A DNA stretch of 64,000 bases, taken from contig NC_086120.1 of NCBI RefSeq assembly GCF_963921235.1, forward strand, positions 17,670,001-17,734,000. The letters run 5' to 3'. Positions 11,062 through 24,480 of this stretch are shown here, piece after piece (position 1 is the first letter of the stretch; the number at the start of each line of letters is the position of its first letter). A program made the translations under genes and the position numbers. The notes under the pieces were generated by a model. The model did not search any database. It saw nothing but the letters and a program-made list of their open reading frames with translations, and was not told the DNA's origin. The DNA comes from Mobula hypostoma. Lineage: Eukaryota.

Positions 11062-14000
11062 GGGGACAGACTACGTTTTTTTAAATTCTGGAAGGGGCAA
11101 CAATTTCATTCGAACTCCAATGCTAAGATTCGAGGCGTCTCTATTTTTATAGATTCCTCAGTTACTTTTATACAACAGGATATTATTTCTGATCCGAATG
11201 GTAGATTTTTATTGGTTAGTGGTTTACTATTTAATAAAAAAGTAGTTTTGGTTAATGTTTATGCTCCTAATATGGATTGTCCGGAATTTTATAAATCATT
11301 GTTTAATCAGTTTCCGAATTTGAACGAGTTTTCATTGATCTGGGGCGGAGATCTTAATACCTGTTTGTCTCCAGCTTTGGACCGTTCGGCTCCTTTACGG
11401 ACCTTACCTAATAAATCTGCAACTTTGATTAACTTTTTCCTTTCTGATTCTGGGTCGACGGACATTTGGCGTTTTCTGCATCCTCAGGAAAAAGATTTTT
11501 CCTTCTTTTCACATGTTCATCATTCCTATTCAAGAATTGATTATTTTTTTATTGATTCTCGTCTTATTCCTTCAGTGATTAAATGTGATTATGATTCTAT
11601 AACCATTTCGGATCATGCTCCACTTAAGCTTTCTATTAAAATTATGGCCAATATACAAAATAATAGACAATGGCGTTTTAATTCGCTGTTGCTTCAGGAT
11701 TCGGACTTTGTTAACTTTATGAATAAACAGATTGAGCTTTTTTTTACAATTAATCATACAGAGGATATCTCGGTTAACACTCTTTGGGACACTTTTAAAG
11801 CCTATATTCGTGGTCAGATTATTTCGTATTCTGCTGCTTTGAGGAAGAAACAGAAGCAGGAGGAGATGGCAATTGTGGACAAGATTAAAGAAATTGATAA
11901 GAAATATGCTATGGCTCCTTCTGAGGAGTTATACAAACAAAGAACTGAACTTCAAATGGAACACAGTTTATTACTATCATCCTCGATTGTAAACCAATTA
12001 AAGAAAACAAGAAGTGAATTTTATGTTCACAGTGATAAAGTTGGCAAGCTGCTGGCTAATCAATTGAAATCTAATTATGTTAAATCTCAAATCAATCAGA
12101 TTTATGACCAAAATGATCGATTGATACTGGATCATGTGGGGATTAATCAAACCTTTTGTGATTTTTATTCTTCTTTATATCAATCAGAGTCTCCTCGAGA
12201 TTCTAAATATATGAATGATTTTTTAGATAAGTTAGACTTCCCTAACATTTCACAGGATATGTCTTCTATATTAGATACTTCCATTACTATGGATGAGATT
12301 AAGAATGTTATTTTTTCTATGAATCTGGGGAAAGCTCCTGGCCCGGATGGGTTTACCGTTGAATTTTATAAATGTTTTGCTTCTTTATTGATCCCTTGGC
12401 TCTGTAGGGTCTTTGAGGCTTCTCTGAAACTTGGTAAACTTCCTGAATCTTTTAATAGAGCGTCAATTTCTTTAATACTAAAGAAGGATAAAGACCCTGC
12501 TCAATGTGCATCTTATAGACCAATATCTTTATTAAATGTTGATTCTAAAGTTTTTTCTAAGTTATTAGCAAATAGACTAGAAAAAGTACTTCCTTCTATT
12601 ATTTCGGAAGACCAAACGGGTTTTATTAAAGGTCGTTACTCTTTTTATAATATTCGTACATTGTTAAATATTGTTTATACTCCCTCACAAAATGTTCCTG
12701 AGTGTGTTATTTCTTTAGATGCCGAGAAAGCTTTTGATAGAGTAGAATGGCCCTATTTATTTAAGGTGCTTGAAATGTTTAATTTTAGCTTGAAATTTAT
12801 ATCCTGGATTAAACTGTTATATCATTCCCCTGTAGCCTCGGTCTGTACTAACTCTTTAAACTCACCTTTTTTTCCTCTCTTTCGAGGTACTCGACAAGGC
12901 TGTCCTCTTAGTCCCCTATTATTTGATATTGCATTAGAACCTCTTGCAATTGCCATTCGAGAATCTTCAAATATTACTGGGATAACTCGGGGATTAAAGT
13001 CCCATAAATTATCACTCTATGCTGATGATTTACTGTTGTATATTTCTAATCCTGAGAAATCCATTCCTGCTGTTTTAGAGTTATTAGCACAATTTGGTTT
13101 TTTTTCAGGTTATAAATTAAATCTTAGTAAGAGTGAACTCTTTCCGATTAATAAACATCTTCCCTTATATTATAAATTTCCATTTAAATTGATTGATAAT
13201 TATTTTTCTTATCTTGGGATTAAAATGACTTGTAAATATAAAGATTTATTTAAGATTAACTTTTTACCATTAATAGACCATATCACTCAACTTTCATCTA
13301 AATGGTTTCCCTTATATTTAACTTTGATTGGTCGTATTAATGCAGTTAAGATGTTTTTTTTGCCAAAATTTTTATATGTGTTTCAGGCATTACCAATTTT
13401 TGTTCCAAAATCTTTCTTTGATAAAGTTGACTCTAAAATTTCTTCATTTATTTGGCAGAATAAGAATCCGAGACTGGGTAAAATATATTTACAGAAAGCT
13501 AAGAGAGATGGAGGTTTAGCATTACCTAACTTTAGATTCTATTATTGGGCTATTAATATTCGACATATGAAATTTTGGTTACTTGATCAGGATATACTAT
13601 CTATTCCTAAATGGGTAGCATTGGAACTACAATCTGTTCAGGGTTATACACTTGGCTCTATTTTAGGCTCCTCTCTCCCTTTTGATTCGAAACGCCTTAA
13701 GCAGGTCTCTAACCCAATAGTTAAATATGCTTTGCGCATTTGGTTTCAATTCAGAAAATTTTTTGATCTTAATCAATTCGGGTTAGCGATTCCTATTTTA
13801 GGTAACATTTTTTCCTCCCTCTTTTACGGATCGCGCTTTTCAAACCTGGAAGACTAAGGGTATTTTACGGTTTTTGGATTTATTTTTAGATGGTTCCCTT
13901 ATGTCTTTTGAACAATTATCTAATAAATATAATTTATCAAGAATACATTTTTTTAGATATTTACAAGTTAGAAATTTCCTAAGTACTATACTTTCTTCCT

Positions 14001-14701
14001 TTCCAATGCTTCCTCCTACATATATTTTAGATTCGATAATTAACCTCAATCCATGTCAGAAAGGTGCATCGGCTATGATTTATAATATTATTATGAAACT
14101 TAGGAAAGCTCCATTTGATAAGATTAGGGTAGATTGGGAACAGGAATTGGGGCTTACCATTTCTGTGGATGATTGGGGGCAGATTTTACAATTAGTTAAT
14201 ACTTCCTCTATTTGTGCTAAACGTTCCCTAATTCAATTTAAAGTGGTTCATAGAGCACATATGTCCAAAGATAAGTTAGCGCATTTTTACTCGCATATTA
14301 ATCCTTTTTGTGATAGATGTTCGGGGCAGATAGCCTCTTTAACTCATATGTTTTGGTCTTGTCCTACTTTGGAAACTTTTTGGAGAGATATTTTTAATAT
14401 TATTTCTAAGGTATTAAATATAGATATCTCTCCTCACCCTATTACTGCTATCTTTGGACTTCCTAAAATTTCTAGTAATCTTTCCCCTTCAGCCCGTAGA
14501 ATGATCGCATTTCTTACTTTAATGGCGAAAAGATGTATTTTACAACATTGGAAAGAGCTTAATGCTCCAACTACCTTTTTTTGGTTCTCTCAGACGATTT
14601 TATGTTTGAATCTGGAGAAAATTAGAAGCAACCTTTATGATTCTTCATTTAAATTTGAACAGATTTGGGGACCTTTTATTCGATACTTTCATTTAATGTA
14701 A
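11062..14701 (+). pseudogene. L1 ORF2 (EN-RT-CCHC), 5'-truncated, with one frameshift near 13810
   Basis: ORFs 11059-13857 and 13874-14701 join by a single frame change in the T6 run at 13808-13813, restoring ..PPSFTDRAFQTWKTKG.. Confidence 0.9.
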
Positions 14702-15054
14702 TACATACCCTTCTTGTTTTTTTTCACTGTTTTTAATGGAGGTCGGGATTGAGGACGTGATTTTAAGTTTAACTCTGTTTGGTTTCAAGTTAGCCCATTG
14801 CTTTGCTTTGCTTTTAGTTAGTTGCACGGTGGGTTTTTTTTGGGGGGGTTTTTTTTTCTTTTTTTTCCATTGACATATATATAAAATTTAGTATACTATT
14901 ATGTTACCTTGGTTTTTTATGTTTAAATTACATTGTTTGTAGTATTTTTTTTGGTATTGATACTTTCTGGAATTTTATTATATTTTAACATTGTATTAAT
15001 GTTTATATGGTTTACCTTTTTGTATACTTATTCAATAAAAAGATTTAAAAAGAA
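11062..15054 (+). mobile_element. Young 5'-truncated L1-clade LINE (ORF2 plus 3' UTR)
   Basis: APE endonuclease motifs (NVYAPN, GGDLN, SRIDYF, SDHAP), RT motifs (GTRQGCPLSP, YADD) and a C-terminal CDRC..HMFWSC. T-rich 3' UTR, AATAAA and A-rich tail. Perfect 18-bp TSD AGGTTTATTTTTAGGTTG at 11044-11061 and 15055-15072. Confidence 0.95.
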
Positions 15055-15072
15055 AGGTTTATTTTTAGGTTG

Positions 15073-18000
15073 AAAATTAACTTTTTCTGACGATGTAAAT
15101 AGATAATTCCATTCAACTCTGTGAAAGGCCTTCTCCGCATCCAAAGATATCACACATTCCAATATTTCCTTAGATGGAGAATGCATAACATTTAACAAAC
15201 GCCGTATATTAAAATGGGAATATCGATTTTTAATAAATCCTGTCTGATCATCTGAAACTATAGAAGATATAATATTTTCAAGTCTGCAAGCCAACGCTTT
15301 AGATAAAATTTTAGTATCAAAATTGAGTAAAGAGATGGGTCTATACGAAGAACATCCAGTAGGATTCTTAATCGTTTTGAGAATAAGCAAAATGGAAGCT
15401 TTGTAAAAAGACTGCGGTGATCTTCCTACCTTAAAGGAATCTGTGAGGGTAGAACATAAGTGTGGTATAAGCAAGGAGGTAAAAGCCTTATAAAACTCAC
15501 CAGAGAACCCATCGGGTCCTGGGAAATTCCCAGAATGCAATTCTCGAATAGCCTGAGCAATTTCCTCCTGGGATATGGGTTGATCCAATTGCCTACGATC
15601 ATCTATCGAAAGATTAGGAATATTTAATTGATCTAAAAAATTATTCATTGCAATATTATCATTAACAGAGTCAGAACTATACAATTTGGAATATAATTCC
15701 CTAAAAGTGTCATTAATTTTAAAATGGTCAGTTGTCATGTCCCCATTAATTTTATGTATTTCTTTAATTTGCCACTTGGCTATAAATGGCTTCAATTGAT
15801 TAGCCAGTAGCTTACCAGTTTTATCTCCGTGAATATAAAACTGACTCCTATCTTTTAAAAGCTGGCTTTCAATTGGATACGTCAAGAGAAGATCATATTT
15901 AGTTTTGTTTTCAATACGTCTCTTATATGTTTCAGGATCAGGTACTGAAGCATATTTATGGTCTATTTGTTTTAACTGATTAGCTAGTTCGTTTCTCTCT
16001 TTGTTAACTTTTTTAATGATGTTTGCAGTATAAGAAATAATTTGACCCTGGATATATGCTTTAAAAGTATCTCATATAATAAGACTAGATGTCTCTTCCA
16101 ACGTATTTTCTTCAAAAAAAAGAGTAATTTGATTCTCCATAAATTTTAAGAAGTCCTCATCGGATAACAGAGTAAATTAAATCGCCAAAATCTACTCATA
16201 GGGATAGGACCAGGGAGATTTAAAGATAGAAGTACAGGAGAGTGGTCAGAAATAGCAATCTCTTTATATTCGATCAATCAAACCAATGGAATAATTTGAA
16301 TGTCAATTAAAAAACAATCAATCCTGGTATAAGAATGATGGACATAAGAGAAAAAAGAATACTCCCTGTCTGTCGGATGAAGAAAACGCCAAGCATCAAC
16401 TATACTGCATTTAGTTAGAAAGGATTGGATAAACAAAACTGATTTATTAAGTGTGGCTGGTTTGACAGATGAGTGATCTAATACTGGATCTAACCAGCAG
16501 TTAAAATCACCTCCCATCACAAGAGAGTAAGTACACAAATCTGATAAAAACGAAAATAGACGTTCAAAAAATCCTGGATTGTCTACGTTAGGGGTATATA
16601 CATTAGCAAAAACAATCAATTTGCTGTCTAAACTCCCTGATACAATAACAAATCGACCATTAGTATCTGAAACAACTTAATGCTGAACAAAGGAAACTGT
16701 ATTATCTCCAAAAATGGAAACTCCACGTGATTTTGCATTAAACGAAGAATAGAATTGTATATCCTTCTACCGAGTAAAAAAACGTAAGCTATCATAGCTG
16801 TGTATGTGTGTTTCTTGTAAGAAAATTATGGGTGCTTTTAACTTTTTAATATAAACAAACACTTTGTTCTATTTATTGGGGTGATTCAGCCCTTTCACAT
16901 TAAAACTAACTAGGTTAATATTTGGAACCATTTTAAATACAAATCATCATGTAATTAAAAGATCTGGCTATAAGTTATTAAAACTAGAAAGCAAACCGTA
17001 AGGTAAGGTAGTCAAACAGGCAATCCATATAATCAACCCAACACAGCTCCCAGAGAGAAGTAGGTCCTAGTCTCTCCCCCACCCAAAGCCAGAAAGCTGA
17101 CCAATAGACAGTCAGCGTGCTAACAACTAAGTTCCCTCCCCGAAAAATCCTGTTGACAGAAACTGCAGTCCTTCGAGGTCAAATATGTCCCTACCAAGAC
17201 ACAACATAAAAAGAAAAATAACTCAGTATTCAAAAATATAAAAGGATCAGTTTAAACAAATTCAAAGAAAGCTATATTAAAATAAAGCCTCAAAAAGGGA
17301 TAAAATTAAAAAGTATCAACAAAATATAACAAAAGACAATATATGAACAGCCAAAACGTAAGCTTATTGAAACCTTATTTCAAATTCATATTAACAGAGG
17401 AAAAAATTGATCAAATAAGAAATATAACAGTTTCAGACTTCATCCTTCAGAAACTCTTTTGTGTCTTCAACCGACTTTATGCTTTTTCACAATCTGTTCT
17501 TCAAAACAATACTCAGACAGGCAGGAAACTGAAGGGATGGTTTAAATCCTTTATTATAAAGTTCTGACATAATTTCTTTATATTTCATACGATCAGCCAT
17601 AACTTCAGGTGAATATTCTTCCACAAATCTGACCTTGTAACCATGGAAATCAATCATTCCTTGTCGATGGGTATAGCGAATTAAAAGGTCCTTAATATGA
17701 AATTCATGAAAACTTAGAATGACCGACCTGGGTCTTGCTGCCGACGACAATGGCTTCGAAGTCGGCAAGCGATGTGCTCGATCGAGCTTCGGCTCCGGAG
17801 TGAATAGAACAGGGTGTTTCAGAAAGTTTGCAAAGAACTTCGTAGGGTCAGCACCTTCAATTGATTCTTCAAGACCCAAAATTCCCGAGTTATTTCTCCT
17901 GTTTCTTTTTTCTAGACTGATAATCCTTTTCGTCATTTTTTCATTGGCTAGGAATAACTCTTTGCAGAGTTTAAATGTATCTCCAATATCCTCTTCAAGT

Positions 18001-18325
18001 GTCACCAGTTTTTCAGTATTTTCCTGAATTCGGTTCTCATGCTCAGTTTAAGTTTGTTGGATTGTATCCAATTTGCCATTAAGTCGTTAAAACTGCTCGA
18101 AAAATTCCGATTTTTGCCGTTTAAGGAAGTCACTGATTGAATCCAAAGTGACTGGGAATTCATCTTCTGTTTCCCTTTCTTTTGCAATGCTTTTGTTCTT
18201 TTCCCAGCCATAGTAAAGCAGTATTAAAGTATTATAATAAGGTTTCAGAAAAAAAACTGGTAGGAGACAATAAAGTAAATAGGGTAGGAGCAATCTAAAA
18301 CGATGTTACTCCATCAGCTGCCAAC
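15073..18325 (-). mobile_element. Older L1-clade LINE: 5' UTR, ORF1, spacer, EN and first half of RT; 3' half missing
   Basis: ORF1 fragments at 17487-18211 (RNRRNN..LGLEE, LDRAHR, PRSVI) and ORF2 ATG at ~16931. EN fragment 16278-16619 and RT fragment to LDAEKAFHRVEW. Multiple stops and frameshifts. Confidence 0.9.
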
Positions 18326-20133
18326 AGGGCTCTGAGCACATCATTTTTAAGGGTTTGAGAAGCTGCTAGAGCAATTGCAAGACCAAAAGGCATAACCAGG
18401 TACTCATAGTGCCCCGTCAGGGTATTGATTGCAGTCTTCCACTCATTGCCTTCCTTTATATGGACCAGATTGTACATACTCCACAGGTCCAGCTTAGTGA
18501 CTTGCCTCGAAGTCAGTATTCATGAGTGGAAAGGGGTAACAATTCTTGGTTGTTATGAGGTTTAATCCTCTATAACCTATATACGGCTGCAGAGTCCCAT
18601 CCTTCTTTTGTATAAAGAAGAAGGCTACACTGGCTGGTGAGATGGAGAGTCGAATGAATCCCATAGCAAGAGCTTCCTTTATATATTCTTTACATTGCAC
18701 TTCTCTCTGGACCTGCAAGCACGCATAATCTACCACACGGAGGACAAGTACTGGACAGAAGATCTACAGCACTATCGTAGGGTCAGTGTGGTGGAAGAAT
18801 CAAGGCCTTCCCCTTGCTGAAGACCTCTTCCAAGTCATTGAGCAGTCTGGACGTTTCAAGTCCTTCCAAACCCTCCTTCAAGGGCAATTCCTAAGGCTTC
18901 TTAGGTGGCAGGGGTGGTACGACCGAGCTCCAAATCTCATCCCCAGGTTCACTAGACTCCTTTGTATCCTCAGGCAATGGAAAAGTGGTGTTACTGATGG
19001 CACTTACACCCCCAGGAACAGGATCCAAGGGCCTGTGTTCAGGAGCTTTTCCTTTGCTTGGGACCTGGCAGCCTTAGGCTTAACTGTAAGAGTTCCGGAC
19101 TGCTTGGGCACCTCCTTGGTCTTCACCGGAGCTAGAGATTCCCTCTCCCCAGTGCGCCCCTGACTAGGGTTGGAATTCACACAATTCCATTGGCTGGTAC
19201 CGACTTGTCTATCTTTGAGGGCAAGACTAGGTCTCCAAAAGGCTTAAGGTTACCTCACACTGAAATCTGCCCCCTTGCTGGTCGTTGGTCTCGGGAGATT
19301 CTGGGGGTCAGATCTTCATGCTGCAGCCATACCTCTTACAAGATTACCATGCAATGATTCTCTCTTCATTCTAGTTCATGGATGGGTTTTGCTGGGACAG
19401 TCGAGAGTACCCGAGGATCAAGGGTATGAGTGGCGAGTCAATAATGTAAAAACTAATGTTCTCCACATGATGCTCAATGCAGTGGCCCAGGCCAGGGTTC
19501 TTACAAGTCAGAAGATAGATAATGAAGGCCATCTTTCCGAACTCCGAAGGGAACCGGGATTACTGAAGTTCGATCACTAATGAGCGTTGAGTGAGGAAGC
19601 TGCCGCCAGAACCCAGGTTCCCATCGAATCTCTCCGGAGATGGAAGATGTACTGGCTCTCCCAAGCAACTCTGGACTCCTCCTTGCGAAAGTCGACAAAT
19701 GGCTACCTGGAGGTCATGTATCTCCTGGCTCTGTCTGGAAATCCTCTCTCTGTGGCTGGCCACAGCAGATGAAAGGCACTAATACTCCATTGGGTCCATG
19801 TTGGCCCAATCGTACTGTGACGAGAGACCTCGACAGAGATGGTTAGGACCCAAATGGAGGAGTATCCAAGGCAGGGATCAAGACACAGTATAAAACTGGA
19901 ACAAGAACTGAGCACAAAACAAAACACCAGACAATATCTCTAGTTGAGTTTACAATTGAGCACTAAAGCTCCGTTCAGGTGCTCTTTAAATACTCAGTTC
20001 TTGGTGCCAAAACATGATTGCCAATTAGCGGGATGGTCCTTAACCCTTACGGGGCCACACCAGCTATCCATACTCCACAGAGTTAGAGCATCTAAGCTGC
20101 GGAAGCTGGCACGGTTGGGTGCGTCTCGTAACA
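18326..20133 (-). mobile_element. Decayed Ty3/Gypsy (Sushi-like) LTR retrotransposon: 5' LTR, gag and partial RT
   Basis: LTR 19816-20133 with termini TGTGACGAGA/TCTCGTAACA. Gag motif PERFDG at 19560-19763. RT fragments [17 protein letters not shown] and [17 protein letters not shown] are cut off by the L1 at 18325. Confidence 0.88.
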
Positions 20134-20510
20134 GGGAAAACAGCCAATATAAACAAAGACCCCTCCCATCCTAGTCATTCTCACTTCTCCCACCTTCCAT
20201 TGGGCGGAAAATGCAAAAGTTTGAAAACACACATCACCAGGTCAAAGTAGAGCTTCTATCCTCTTAATTGGACTTGTACAGTAAAGGTGAACTCTTGACT
20301 TCTCAATTCTACTTCTAATAGTCCTTGCACCTTATTGTCTATCTACACAGCCCCTTTCTCTGTAACCATAACTCTACGTTCTGTCTTCTGTTATTGCTTT
20401 CTCCTTTGTTCTGCCTTTATTAACTTATCTTTCAAAATAATCTGCACGGACTGTATATAAAACAAAGATTTTCACTGTATCTTGGTATATGTGACAGTAA
20501 TAAATTACCA
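20134..20510 (+). mobile_element. Rex1/L2-type LINE 3' fragment
   Basis: CAGCCAA..AAAGACCCC..CACCAGG..AGCTTCTATCC pattern ending in GTGACAGTAATAAA. Similar pieces at ~27587-27668 and ~42430-42612. Confidence 0.5.
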
Positions 20511-21289
20511 CCATAAATGGACAAATACAACTATAACCTTGATTTATTGTAAATTTTACATAGTAAGGAGTCCGAGATGCTTCAATGTGAAGATATACTG
20601 TGTATGTGTTTACCTTCTCCATATAAGAAGATTAAGCAGATTTTGATATTGCATCTACTTGAATGTTTCTGTGCTGTATGACTTTAAAGCAATCAACAGA
20701 CCTTGGCGTTATTCCTTTTGCTTTTTACTGAGTCACCTAGTAATGATAAAAGTTAATTCCTAGTAATGGTAGAAGTCCTCATTGTGGAGCTAATTGCAAC
20801 ATACAGAAAGTTCACTTCAGTGGCAGGTTAACAAATAGTTATTGAGAGTAGGATACATTTGGCTGGCCCAGTATGACCTAATATTCTTGAAGAGGATGTT
20901 AGGAGCCTCTTTTGAGTCTGCCTTTTATATTCTATCAGACAAAAGTAAACCAAATTCATCACACATTGACAGATCGTGGTTTTGCCAACCATGTGTTGAT
21001 AAATTAAAGAATCATTGACTGCCATCCGGGTTGTGGCCACATTGCAAAGGAGAGATTCAAGTAGATTTTTTTTTTAATTTCCTAATACATTTAAGTAACG
21101 CCTTTCACAACCTCAGTATCTATATTGGGAAGCTTTCTCTCCCTCCTATTAAAAATAGACAAAGGCAGACTCAAAACAGGGGTGGATTCAGACTTGGGAA
21201 CAAGAGGGTTTGGAATATTCATGGGCCACTGCTTTGTTGTTTTACAAAGTTCATCATTGTACACTCATCCACAAGTTTAAGATGTATAG

Positions 21290-22925
21290 GATCCACTGGG
21301 ATTTGGCCGCTTGCACTCAGAATTGGTATGCCCATGGAATACAGAGGGTAGTGGTCGATGGGTCTTATTCTAGCTAGAGGTTTATATCTAGTGGTGTGCC
21401 ATGGGGATCAATCTATACTGGGACATCCACTGTTTGTGAGATATATGAACAGCATATAACTTGACTGGAAGTGTAGATGGGTGGGTTAATAAGTTTGTTG
21501 GTGTTGTGGATTGTGTAGAAGGTTGCCAAAGGATATAGTGGGATATGGATCAATTGCAGAATTAGACAGAGAAACGGCAGATAGAGTTTAATCTAGACAA
21601 ATGTGAAACATTGCACTTTGTGAGATCAACCAGGATTCTTAACAGTAAACACAAGAGATTCTACAGATGCAGGAAATCCAAAATAATACACACAGAATTC
21701 TGGAGAAACTCAGCAAGTCAGGCAGCATCTATGAAAATGAATAAACAGTCAACATTTCAGGCTGAGACCCTCCATCAGGACTGGACCGGTGTTGAGGAAT
21801 CCTAGTGTCCAAGTCCTTAGCTCTCTGAAAGTGGCCGAACAAATTGACAGGTGGTAAAGGAAGCCTCTGGCATGACTATTCGAGACATGGGGTTCTAGAT
21901 TCCGGAAGTTTTGTTGCAGCTTTATAAAACTCTGCTTAGGGCACATCTGGAGTAATCATTCATTTCTGGTCTCCCCATTATAGAAAGGGTATGCAGGCTA
22001 TAGAGAGGGTTCATAAGACCATAAGATATAGGAGCAGAATTTGGTCATTCCCCCTATGGAGTGAACTCCACCATTCCAACATGGCTGATTTATTATCCCT
22101 CTCAGCCTCGTTCTCCTGCCTTCTCCTCATAACCTTTGATGCCCTGACCAGTCAAGAACGTATCAACCTCTGCTTTAAGTATACCCAATGACTTGGCCTC
22201 CAAATTGTCTGTGGCAATGAATTCCACAGATTCACCACGCTCTGTCTATGGAAATTATTCATTATCTCTGTTCTAATGGGTGTCCCTCTATACTGAGGCT
22301 CTGCCCTCTAGACCTAGACTCCCCCATTACAGGAAACATCCTCTCCACATCCACTCTATCTAGGTCTTTCATGCATGCATTACTAAATGACAATAAAAGA
22401 GGACTGCGTGTCTTCATAATCATTCACAGGCGAAGCGCCATCGAACGTTTCTCATATGTTAACCCTTTCGTGAACCTCCTCTGGATCCTCTCCAATACCA
22501 GCACATCTTTTCTGTGCTCTAAGGGGAGGTTGGACAACCTATGGTTTGTATTCTCTGGAGCAGGAGAAGCTGAGGTGAGATCTAGCAGAAGTCTGTAAAA
22601 ATTATGAGAGCAGAGATAGATAGCCAATATCTTTTTCCCCCAGAGTTCCCAGAGTTGAAAAGCACTTAAAGTGACAAGGGGAAGTTCAAAAGAGATGTGT
22701 GAGGCAATTTTTTTTTACACAGAGTGGTGGGTGCCTGGAATGCGCTGTCCAGGATGGTGGTTAAGGCAGATACAATAAATCTGTTTAGGAGGCCTTTAGA
22801 AAAGCACATGAATAGGCAGAGAACGGAGAGATATAGACCATGTGCAGACAGAAGAGATTAGTTTAATTAGTTTGGCACAATATTGCGGGCTACAGGGCAT
22901 TTTCCTTTGCTGCGCTGTTCTAAAT
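21290..22925. mobile_element. Nested CR1 cluster: a plus-strand CR1 interrupted by a Penelope-like repeat (~21645-21786) and a minus-strand CR1 (~22012-22515)
   Basis: CR1 RT/3' motifs on both strands (e.g. LERIQRRFTK on minus), with a CATAAGAC-type tail at 22012. Confidence 0.7.
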
Positions 22926-23058
22926 TCACAAGACGGGGGTGGAATTCTAGAAAACAACCCATTAAAAACAGCGGAAAATTACTTACGTTTGTAAATATAT
23001 GGGATAAAAGGGGAATTTAATTTCGGTATAATTAAGCCACCATAAGGAGAAGAAGGGG

Positions 23059-24480
23059 GTGCAATTAGGGAGAGAAGGAGAAAGGGAAAGGGGGAGAGAG
23101 GGAGAGGGAGAGCGAAAGGGAAAGGAGAGAGGGAAAGAAGGAAAGGGAGAGAGAGGGAGGGGGGAGAAANNNNNNNNNNNNNNNNNNNNNNNNNNNNNNN
23201 NNNNNNNNNNNNNNNNNNNNNNNNNNNNNNNNNNNNNNNNNNNNNNNNNNNNNNNNNNNNNNNNNNNNNNNNNNNNNNNNNNNNNNNNNNNNNNNNNNNN
23301 NNNNNNNNNNNNNNNNNNNNNNNNNNNNNNNNNNNNNNNNNNNNNNNNNNNNNNNNNNNNNNNNNNNNNNNNNNNNNNNNNNNNNNNNNNNNNNNNNNNN
23401 NNNNNNNNNNNNNNNNNNNNNNNNNNNNNNNNAGANNNNNNNNNNNNNNNNNNNNNNNNNNNNNNNNNNNNNNNNNNNNNNNNNNNNNNNNNNNNNNNNN
23501 NNNNNNNNNNNNNNNNNNNNNNNNNNNNNNNNNNNNNNNNNNNNNNNNNNNNNNNNNNNNNNNNNNNNNNNNNNNNNNNNNNNNNNNNNNGAGAGAGGAG
23601 AGAAAGAGAAGGGAGAGAAAGGGAGAGGGGGGAGAGAGAGAGTGGGGAGAGAGAGGGAGAGAGGGGGAGAGAGAGAGGGGAGAGAGAGGGGGGAGATAGN
23701 NNNNNNNNNNNNNNNNNNNNNNNNNNNNNNNNNNNNNNNNNNNNNNNNNNNNNNNNNNNNNNNNNNNNNNNNNNNNNNNNNNNNNNNNNNNNNNNNNNNN
23801 NNNNNNNNNNNNNNNNNNNNNNNNNNNNNNNNNNNNNNNNNNNNNNNNNNNNNNNNNNNNNNNNNNNNNNNNNNNNNNNNNNNNNNNNNNNNNNNNNNNN
23901 NNNNNNNNNNNNNNNNNNNNNNNNNNNNNNNNNNNNNNNNNNNNNNNNNNNNNNNNNNNNNNNNNNNNNAGAGTGAGGGGAGAGAGAGGGGGAGAGAGAG
24001 GGAGAAGGAGAGGGAATTGGGAGGGAGACAGAGGGCGAGAGAGAGAGAGATGTTCACAGAGGTAGACAGAAGAAGAAGAAATGAGGGAACAGTAGAGGAA
24101 ATGAGGCCAAGAGAGATAGAGGGGGTTGAAATACAAAGAGAGGGCATAGGTACATGGATGGTAAGGGTATGGAGTAGGTCAATGGGAGTAGGCAGTTTAA
24201 ATGGTTCGGCCCGGACTAGGTAGTCCAAGAGGCCTGATTCTGTGCTGTACCGTTCTATGGTTCTATGAGAGAGATGAGGGAAAGAATGGGTGATACAGAG
24301 AGAGAGTGAGAAAGCAAAAAAGAGAAATGAGAGAGAATGAGAAGAGTGAGAATTAATAGAAATAGAGGGAGTGAGAAGGAGATAGAGAGTAGGGGGGCAA
24401 GAGAATTGAGAGCAAACAATAGAGAGAGAGGTAAGAATGAGAGACTAGTGAAACGAAAGAGAAATAATAGTCAGAAATGT
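23059..24480. repeat. GA-rich low-complexity polypurine tract containing two N-gaps (23170-23590, 23700-23969)
   Basis: Directly visible. Confidence 0.95.

Noticed and set aside
22979-24228. Long ORFs of 193-387 aa
   Set aside because: Artefacts of N-gaps and GA low-complexity sequence.
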